55,006 nucleotides of DNA, taken from assembly GCA_023245355.1 (NCBI GenBank), contig JAHFKN010000003.1, positions 1 through 55,006 of the forward strand. The letters are read 5' to 3'. A program made the position numbers and the translations under genes. This DNA comes from Candidatus Gottesmanbacteria bacterium. Lineage in GTDB: Bacteria; Patescibacteriota; Microgenomatia; UBA10105; UBA927. Numbering within the stretch: position 1 is the stretch's first letter; each line of letters begins with the position of its first letter. Below, one piece after another: positions 48,308 through 55,006 of the stretch. The notes beneath the pieces were generated by a model that searched no databases, was not told the origin of the DNA, and saw nothing but the letters and a program-made list of their open reading frames with translations.

Positions 48308-48940
48308 TTACTGCCCTGCGCAGAACAGCGACATGCAGGCGTTTTTCATCTCTTGGTTAGGGAAATTGCAGCCTGAAGGGCAGGTTTTTTTCCCTTTATT
48401 AAACTGATTGCAGACAAGCGTGCAGAGCGGCCCGTATGAACCCGGTACATCCTTGCACTTGTTGCTGCAGTTAAATTCCCTTGGTGTTTCCGTCGGCTCC
48501 GGTGTGACGGAAGTTCCGGGCGTTGTCCCGGCGGTGGGTTCCGGAGTTCCTCCCCCGGCACTCACCCATTGATTGCACTGTTTCCGGCATACCTCCTGAG
48601 AACTCCAGTCGTGTTCTGCTCCTGTCGTGGGATTTGTGTTCGTACCTCCCGCCGCTTTTACATTTTGGGTACAAAACTGCGCGCACGTCATGGTTTTTGC
48701 TATGACGGCGGGGCAGTCCAAGGCACATGCGGCTTTATCCTTAATAAAAGTCGCAGCTCTTCCCGTTGTGTTGCAGGCGGACGTACATTGCTGTAATCCG
48801 CTATAGGAAGCTCTGCTTCTGTTTTCTGTTTTGATTCTTCCGAACATCGCCGCAGCCAGAATGACGACAAATGCGATTACCAAGGGGACAATAAGAACCA
48901 TGGGGGAAGATTGCTTTCTTTTTGCCTGATATTTTTTCAT
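48308..48940 (-). CDS. Membrane-anchored Cys-rich protein with two 4x(CxxxC) modules
   Basis: AGGAG RBS; TM then KTENRSRAS; eight CxxxC-type pairs split by a TPEPT linker. Confidence 0.8.
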   Translation of the reverse strand: MKKYQAKRKQSSPMVLIVPLVIAFVVILAAAMFGRIKTENRSRASYSGLQQCTSACNTTGRAATFIKDKAACALDCPAVIAKTMTCAQFCTQNVKAAGGTNTNPTTGAEHDWSSQEVCRKQCNQWVSAGGGTPEPTAGTTPGTSVTPEPTETPREFNCSNKCKDVPGSYGPLCTLVCNQFNKGKKTCPSGCNFPNQEMKNACMSLFCAGQ

Positions 48941-49050
48941 AAATAACTCCTCTATCTAGTAGATTGAAACATTTATAAAATCTTGTCAAGGTGTGGTACG
49001 ACGGTCGGCGGATAAATAGCCTCTTGATTTACAGGCTGGAATTCGCGATT

Positions 49051-50232
49051 ATGAAAGCAATGGCTAAATCGAAGAAACCGAGCGGAAAGTCCGCAGTAAA
49101 CAGGCACGTTTCAAAACGGGCTCCTTACGGATTATGGCGTCTCGCCGACCCGAAGATGATCGTTTTGCTGCTGTTATTGCTTACCGGCATTATCATAACC
49201 GTTATAGCTTCCGTGCAGTCGACCAGGCCGGTGAATTTCGCATCATGTAATGACAGCGGATGTGCCAATATCAAAAACGGCAGCTATTGGATGATTACGG
49301 AATGTAACCCCAATCCTCCTGATCCTGACGGGGATCAGCAGTTGTGTATGACGAAAGGGCGTGTAGGATCCTGTGGCGGTAAGCCCTATTGCTGTCCGAA
49401 TTCAGGAGCCCAGTGGACGACCAATATGAGCGCCTGTGCGACGCCCACGCCGACCAAAACGCCGTCGCCTACGAGAACGCCTACTCCGACCCGGACACCG
49501 ACGCCTACGAGAACACCGACGCCGCAGCCGACGAACACCCCGCAGCCGACCGCGACTCCCAGGGCAACATCCACCCCGCGTCCGACATCTACCGGCAGAC
49601 CGACCGCAACCCCCAGGGCAACATCCACACTCCGCCCTACCATAACGCCGACGCCGACCAAAACGCCGGAGTTAGCTGATGCATGCGGCAAATCCTGCGT
49701 GACAGATACGGATTGCCAGCTCGGATTAACGTGTACCACGATATTTGCGACACTCAGAGCCTGTCGGAACAGATTGTGTACCGATAAGCCGGGGTGTTTG
49801 TGCGACGACAGCAACGGATCGTTCTTTTACGCAACGCCGACGCCCGGTCCCGGAGGGTTAGCGATGCGCAGTCTGCCGCTTACGGTCGGCGGATTCACCG
49901 ATAAAAAAGGTCAAACCGGTGATACGCCCTCAATCAGCGGTATATCCGAGCCTGATGCCAAAATTACGATTACGGTGTATCCCGACGGCGTGGGTGGCGA
50001 AGTGTACGCGGACAAAACCGGCAAATGGACGTATAAATTTACCAAAAAACTTACACCCGGGGCCAAAAGCGTCCTTGTCGTTGCTACCAAGCCGGATGGT
50101 CAGGCGCAAATCAACAAAACATTTACGGTGGTCGGCGGGGGAGGCGGCAATCCGTTCGGCATCATCCTGCTTATCATGATTCTGGCTGCCGTCGGTTTCG
50201 GCGTGTACGTGTACGTCAAATCCAACCAATAG
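49051..50232 (+). CDS. Surface protein: TM, Cys-rich domain, PT-repeat stalk, Cys domain, Ig-like domain, C-terminal TM
   Basis: TPTPTRTP repeats; TP.ISG.SEP.AKITI...AD..GKW...L.PG (bacterial Ig-like); hydrophobic C-terminus. Confidence 0.8.
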   Translation: MKAMAKSKKPSGKSAVNRHVSKRAPYGLWRLADPKMIVLLLLLLTGIIITVIASVQSTRPVNFASCNDSGCANIKNGSYWMITECNPNPPDPDGDQQLCMTKGRVGSCGGKPYCCPNSGAQWTTNMSACATPTPTKTPSPTRTPTPTRTPTPTRTPTPQPTNTPQPTATPRATSTPRPTSTGRPTATPRATSTLRPTITPTPTKTPELADACGKSCVTDTDCQLGLTCTTIFATLRACRNRLCTDKPGCLCDDSNGSFFYATPTPGPGGLAMRSLPLTVGGFTDKKGQTGDTPSISGISEPDAKITITVYPDGVGGEVYADKTGKWTYKFTKKLTPGAKSVLVVATKPDGQAQINKTFTVVGGGGGNPFGIILLIMILAAVGFGVYVYVKSNQ

Positions 50233-50288
50233 GCATTCCGCCCCGTTATTTTTTGGGTTGCTTCATGGGCGTATAATACATATTCTGT

Positions 50289-50627
50289 ATGACTTCCAAA
50301 TCAGCGCGACGCCTGAGAAACGGTTCTATGCACGGAGCAGAGTTAGGATCCTTTGTGTGTGCGGCCGGCAAAGAACGGGTCGTGCATGTCGTGAGTATGC
50401 ACGCACTCATCCTCGCAAGCGGCTCGCTATTGATTGCTGATGAGGATGAACGCGATACACGGGCCATGCAGACCATTAATTTCCAAAAGCCTGAGGATTT
50501 ACCGGGGAAACGCGTGTTCCGACGCTGCAGGGATTGCAGCCTGCCGTTTTGGCAAACGTGTACGCTTCCGCGGCGTTCCGGATCAGAGGAGCCGCTGACA
50601 GATTTGGCTGAATCCGTGCTGGGATAA
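50289..50627 (+). CDS. Hypothetical protein (possible Zn-binding)
   Basis: TATAAT upstream; CRDC...C motif. Confidence 0.4.
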   Translation: MTSKSARRLRNGSMHGAELGSFVCAAGKERVVHVVSMHALILASGSLLIADEDERDTRAMQTINFQKPEDLPGKRVFRRCRDCSLPFWQTCTLPRRSGSEEPLTDLAESVLG

Positions 50628-50633
50628 CAAGTA

Positions 50634-51866
50634 TCAGTGCGTCTTTTTTTCCACAGCAGGAAGGGTAAATATAAGGGCGATGACGCCGCTTGCTGCAGCG
50701 ACAACCCGAAGCGCAAGTGTCTGGTCTATGAGGGTTATCCCGAGAAAAATGCCGTACATGCCTACCCGGCCTATATTCACAAACCATTCCCGGTCAATAA
50801 TAATCCGGTAATGTGACACGTGTGACCGGCGTGCTTCGTCGTCCATCATATCCATGATTTTGGGTTCATTTGCCGTCCAGATGAGATTATCTGCCAGGTT
50901 GGCAATGACGATATACCAGAGTACCGACAATGGTCCGATGCCCCATAGAAGCGGTGTACCTGAGAGTATAAATGTGCCGAGGAGAGCGATAAATACCGGG
51001 TAAAATTTTTGTTGGCGGTATTTTCTTCCGAACATATAGGTAATGAGCGCCGTAATCGCGGCCATACTGCTGCTTATGGATCCTAATATCGCTTCGTTAC
51101 CGAGTGTTTGGAGGACGAGAACGGTCGGCAGCACATATAACGGCACGTCTGCACATCCCAACGCGACGGAAAGAAAGCGCGCGCGGCGCCACTCCTTTGA
51201 AAACGGCGCAGTGTCACGGTCTGTGAGTGCGGGTTGTTCAATCGTCACCCCGCGTATGATAAGTCCGGCGGCCGTCAACATGACAAATGCGCAGCCGACC
51301 AGCAGTTCATACGCAACCTGCGCGGAAGGCAGCAGGCGGGAAGACACCGTCGCGACAATAACCCAGCCGGCTATGACCGGTATGATGACTGACGCGATGG
51401 TCGAAAGCGTAAACTGTAAACCGGTAAAATAGCTGCGTGTTTCGCTTGTGGTGTGCCGCAGTGTAAGAAAATTTCTGTTTGCCCAATATATTCCGTTTGC
51501 CAGTCCGTACAGGATTCCGTAAAAAAAATATGCCTCCGGCGTGCTTGATTTATAAAACACAACCATGAGCGAGCTTAGTCCCGTCATGACGACGCTTGCG
51601 GCATATAATTTTTTCAGGCGTATATGCCGGAGCAGCCATTTATTTGCGATAAACACCGGGGGAAGCACGATGAAATTCCCGATGTAGTAGATGATCAAGA
51701 GCGTCAGATTTTTGTTCGTCTGCCAGATATAGGCGGACGTAAAGAGTGAGATAAGGGGATACGCGGCGCTGCGTAAAAAATAAGAAACGGAAAGCGATTT
51801 TGCCGTATCCGGCATTGAGCGGAAGTGGTTGATTTCGCGATACCAGCGGGCAATGATCGCGTTCAT
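50634..51866 (-). CDS. MFS transporter
   Basis: ~12 TMs in two halves; GILYGLANGIYW.N......T...R.YF, RE...NIGR. Confidence 0.85.
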   Translation of the reverse strand: MNAIIARWYREINHFRSMPDTAKSLSVSYFLRSAAYPLISLFTSAYIWQTNKNLTLLIIYYIGNFIVLPPVFIANKWLLRHIRLKKLYAASVVMTGLSSLMVVFYKSSTPEAYFFYGILYGLANGIYWANRNFLTLRHTTSETRSYFTGLQFTLSTIASVIIPVIAGWVIVATVSSRLLPSAQVAYELLVGCAFVMLTAAGLIIRGVTIEQPALTDRDTAPFSKEWRRARFLSVALGCADVPLYVLPTVLVLQTLGNEAILGSISSSMAAITALITYMFGRKYRQQKFYPVFIALLGTFILSGTPLLWGIGPLSVLWYIVIANLADNLIWTANEPKIMDMMDDEARRSHVSHYRIIIDREWFVNIGRVGMYGIFLGITLIDQTLALRVVAAASGVIALIFTLPAVEKKTH

Positions 51867-51882
51867 GATGCTTTGCCGCCCT

Positions 51883-52497
51883 TTAGAGTTTGGCAATCTG
51901 CAGGAAGTCGAGTTCCACCGGGGTTTCGCGGCCAAAGATAGAAACAAGTACTTTTACCTTTCCTTTTTCTTCATCGATGGACTCTATGCTTCCCAAAAAG
52001 TCTGCAAACGGTCCGTCAACGATCTTGACTGCTTCAGACACGGAGAAGCTTGCTTTGTATTTCGGCGCTTCCATGGCCATAAATTTCCGGATTGCATCTA
52101 CTTCACGGTCGGAAATCGGCGTGGGTTTGTTACCGGCTCCTACGAATGCGGTCACACCCTGTGTGGTGCGTACTGCCAGCCAGCTGTCATCATCAAGGAC
52201 CATTTTCACGAGAATATATCCCGGAAAGATTTTTTCCTTGATTTCTTCTTTTTTACCGTGGCTTACTTTTACGACATTGCGTGTAGGAACGACGATATCA
52301 AATATTTTGTGCGTCAGTTTTTGGGTTTCGATGCGCTGTTTTAAATTCGCCGCAACTTTGTTTTCATGACCGGAGTAGGTGTGCACGACATACCAGCGGC
52401 CGGCAGAACTGTCTACAGCAGGGGGTTCAACCTGTACTACCGGTTCCGGCGCTGCCTTTTTCGTTTCTTCTGCTGCCTTGGATTGTGTATCGTTCAT
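51883..52497 (-). CDS. nusG: Transcription factor NusG
   Basis: WYVVHTYSGHENKV, KIFPGYILV, VRTTQGVTAFVG, KOW GPFADF, VSIFGRETPVELDF. Confidence 0.98.
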   Translation of the reverse strand: MNDTQSKAAEETKKAAPEPVVQVEPPAVDSSAGRWYVVHTYSGHENKVAANLKQRIETQKLTHKIFDIVVPTRNVVKVSHGKKEEIKEKIFPGYILVKMVLDDDSWLAVRTTQGVTAFVGAGNKPTPISDREVDAIRKFMAMEAPKYKASFSVSEAVKIVDGPFADFLGSIESIDEEKGKVKVLVSIFGRETPVELDFLQIAKL

Positions 52498-52500
52498 AGA

Positions 52501-52713
52501 TTATTTAAAAATCATTGTTGTAATATTGACAAACAGGATGTCCAGACCTCCTACAAACAGTCCCACTGCGACCGATATAATAATGACGGCTGCCGTTAAC
52601 CGGATCGTTTCCTGTCTGGTCGGCCAGGTCACTTTCCGAAGCTCTGTTGCCACCTCAGAAAAGAATTTGGCCGGTGCAACATTCGGTATGCTCGGTGACT
52701 TCGGTTTCTGCAT
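52501..52713 (-). CDS. secE: Preprotein translocase subunit SecE
   Basis: ELRKVTWPTRQE plus a TM ending in D; directly upstream of nusG. Confidence 0.95.
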   Translation of the reverse strand: MQKPKSPSIPNVAPAKFFSEVATELRKVTWPTRQETIRLTAAVIIISVAVGLFVGGLDILFVNITTMIFK

Positions 52714-52813
52714 AGTGTCAACCTAACAAAAGCCCCCTCCCCGGGGACAAGGGATACTATACCAAAAAGAAGGTACCCTTGTAAAGACCACGAGTTGTCT
52801 ACCCATTCATGGT

Positions 52814-54598
52814 TTACGTGCCGCAGGTAAACGTTCTATTGGTGTTGTCTGACGTAAATCCACAGCCGGAAGGCGTATTGGTACAGGCCAGCAGTCTCGC
52901 ATAGATGTCATGAACTTCAGCAGCGAATGTCCAGGCATCTCCGCTCGGACATGCGCCATTGACGATTGCCGTTGTGTTATAGCTGCACATAAATTCCGCA
53001 AATCCGGTCGGGTCGTTACTCGGGTGGGAGAAAAGGCAAGCCATTTGAGAACAAATACCATCATCAGGATTGTCTATTTCCGGCATGGAAACTGCAGTAT
53101 TACCTGTAGCAGGCCAGCCGTACAGACATCCCAAATGGTGGCTGGCGCCGTTAAACGATCCAAGTCCCGATTCGTGAATCCATAATGCCATGACAAAAAG
53201 GGCATTCCAACCATATTTTTTCGACATCTCTTTGACCTGTCCCAATGTTTCCGACGTGAGATTTTGTTCCATTTTTCCGTAGTCGCAGGCAGAGGCGGAA
53301 CACCACCATTTCCCGGTTTCGATAAATGTTGAGAGCATTGCATCATCGATCGTGCAGCTGGCGTTCCTATAGGGAATTTCATATCCGGGATCGCCGCTTG
53401 TGCCGGTTTTCGTGGGCGGCCGGTCCACCTTTAACTCTGTAAACCATTTTTCTTCACAGGCGATCGGAGGCTTTACCTGGCACTCATCCTGTATTTTTTC
53501 GATGCCTCCCAACGCAGCATCGTCCTGCGGGTTATTCTTCGGAGTAAATGGGGTAGAGTAACACCCTGCTTTTTTCATGCCTACCTGAGATTGGTTAAAC
53601 GCGTCAAACGATGTAAGGAGCGGCCGCTGTGGAAACCCCAGAACCTCCACATCATGCGGCTGCAGTGATGCCGCAAGCACTTTCTCCTGGTCTTTGGGAG
53701 GGAGCAGAAAATTGGTCCAGCCTCCGGTTTTGGCAGTATTACTGCTGTCGTCGCCGGTTTCGTTGCCGGGACACCAGTAATCATTGCACATAAAGTTAAA
53801 CCACGGCTGTTTTTGGTCCTTGGTGAGAAGAACTTCGTCTTTGTGCGGCTCTGTTTCGGGCTCTTCCACCTCTGTCCGTTCTCCGTTGATTATTTTTATG
53901 ACGGTTTGCATGATGGTAACTATTTCATGGCCGAATATATTCGTGCCTTCGCCGAAATGAGAGAGTTTCGGGGTGAAATTTTCCAGCGGCCGCAAGTCGA
54001 GCCCCGGGTCGTGTTTTTTGCAGTCTTCAGCAGGATTCATGCCTGCGAGCGCTAAATTCGGACGGTTAAAGTTGACGCCTCCGTTCCCGTCGTTGGGTTC
54101 TACCGGCCGGATACCGAACATGCCGTTAAGGAATTGCCCGTTCCAAAAATGTGTGGGTGCAAACGTAAGAGGCGATGATGTTTCTAAGTCCTCAGAGATA
54201 ATACAGTCAGTCGGTTCAGGATGATCGGAGTGTTCTGCATCCGTTCTGAGAATTGCGCCGTATAACGACGTCAGGGTGATTTTGTTGTCTTCACTCCAGG
54301 GAATGAATTTCCCCAGATCTACTTTGTTTTGCGGGACATTGTAATTACTGATGCGGCTTTTGAAATCCGCGCCGGGGAAAAAATCCGGAGTCTGTATTTC
54401 TTTTTCCTGTCCCTCAACGAGCGGAATGATAAATGAACTGATATCAAACCCGAATTTGTTGCCGATGACTATTGCGACCGATCCGAATTTGTTCAGGCGG
54501 ACGGTCGTAAATGCTTTATCCGTTGTCGCGTGGGCGACAGGCATGGGAAATATGAGTGATGTAATGAGGAGTATGCTGACGATAATAAAACGTTTCAT
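52814..54598 (-). CDS. Secreted Cys-rich protein with possible C-terminal lysozyme-like domain
   Basis: Signal peptide ...PVAHA; KKYGWNALFVMALWIHESGLGS resembles the lysozyme-superfamily catalytic E-S helix. Confidence 0.7.
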   Translation of the reverse strand: MKRFIIVSILLITSLIFPMPVAHATTDKAFTTVRLNKFGSVAIVIGNKFGFDISSFIIPLVEGQEKEIQTPDFFPGADFKSRISNYNVPQNKVDLGKFIPWSEDNKITLTSLYGAILRTDAEHSDHPEPTDCIISEDLETSSPLTFAPTHFWNGQFLNGMFGIRPVEPNDGNGGVNFNRPNLALAGMNPAEDCKKHDPGLDLRPLENFTPKLSHFGEGTNIFGHEIVTIMQTVIKIINGERTEVEEPETEPHKDEVLLTKDQKQPWFNFMCNDYWCPGNETGDDSSNTAKTGGWTNFLLPPKDQEKVLAASLQPHDVEVLGFPQRPLLTSFDAFNQSQVGMKKAGCYSTPFTPKNNPQDDAALGGIEKIQDECQVKPPIACEEKWFTELKVDRPPTKTGTSGDPGYEIPYRNASCTIDDAMLSTFIETGKWWCSASACDYGKMEQNLTSETLGQVKEMSKKYGWNALFVMALWIHESGLGSFNGASHHLGCLYGWPATGNTAVSMPEIDNPDDGICSQMACLFSHPSNDPTGFAEFMCSYNTTAIVNGACPSGDAWTFAAEVHDIYARLLACTNTPSGCGFTSDNTNRTFTCGT

Positions 54599-54620
54599 GT
54601 CTTTATTGTATCTTAGCAAA

Positions 54621-54650
54621 TTGACAAACCCCGTGAAAGCAGCATACAAT
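54621..54650 (+). promoter_or_regulatory. Sigma70-like promoter upstream of galU
   Basis: TTGACA-18-TACAAT. Confidence 0.6.
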
Positions 54651-54813
54651 TACAGTACAGCTTAGCAAGGACTCCACAAAAGACTTTCTAGGCTTGTTTT
54701 TATCTCAAGAGAGTAAGCACGGCACAAGATGCCGGGCGAGCGAAAAATAATCGCGCGAAGCGCGCTCAAGGCGAGTCAAAAGTCTTGAGTATCGCTTACA
54801 AGACTTTTATCTT

Positions 54814-55006
54814 ATGGCACGTACGCCTGCAAAGATACGCAAAGCAGTTATTCCGGCAGCCGGATTCGGCACCCGATTTCTTCCCCAAACCAAGGCAATG
54901 CCCAAGGAAATGCTTCCGATCGTCGATAAACCGGTTATCCAATACGTTGTAGAAGAGCTGGTGGCCAGCGGAATTACCGACATCGTTATCGTCACGGGCT
55001 GGCACA
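54814..55006 (+). CDS. galU: UTP-glucose-1-phosphate uridylyltransferase (3'-truncated by window; absent from the ORF track)
   Basis: [63 protein letters not shown]. Confidence 0.93.
   Translation, partial: MARTPAKIRKAVIPAAGFGTRFLPQTKAMPKEMLPIVDKPVIQYVVEELVASGITDIVIVTGWH

Noticed and set aside
1-55006. Alternative genetic code (UGA=Gly)
   Set aside because: Conserved genes are full length under code 11, and TGA ends genes such as glgA and the GT4s at the expected positions.

Overview
This looks like a chromosomal segment of a Patescibacteria (CPR) bacterium, probably Microgenomates. That is an inference from the N-extended L1 protein, the coaD-DUF359 fusion, Pro/Thr-rich anchored proteins and scattered small ORFans. 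Housekeeping content: two adenylate-kinase paralogues, ndk, maf, tRNA-Pro(CGG), tRNA-Arg(CCT), mreB, a WecB/TagA GT, four GT4s, glgA, an rpe-like gene, deoC, a galT-like gene, an interrupted secE-nusG-rplK-rplA-rplJ-rplL cluster with an L10 leader, and the 5' end of galU. The most striking locus is 23063-33358. There a membrane-embedded HTH_17 + multi-TM + dCache putative one-component sensor is translationally coupled to a ~2410-aa membrane-anchored fibre protein. The fibre has ~405 Gly-X-Y triplets, a phage-tailspike-type Peptidase_G2-like domain, a lectin-like domain and an SH3b domain, and two paralogous small membrane proteins follow it. The sensor's promoter is 22/30 identical to the promoter of a second, BldC-like HTH_17 gene that has a perfect DnaA box upstream. 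Other items of note: a ugd + hyaluronan-synthase-like GT2 + GT-C cassette, a recurrent post-TM 'D/E-x-R-S-x-A' motif, a shared 4x(CxxxC) domain, in-frame hairpin insertions in glgA and coaD, an RPE pseudoenzyme, widespread leaderless gene starts and two hairpin-dense intergenic regions. No CRISPR array, transposase, integrase or rRNA was seen. All family calls come from reading motifs by eye, not from database searches.
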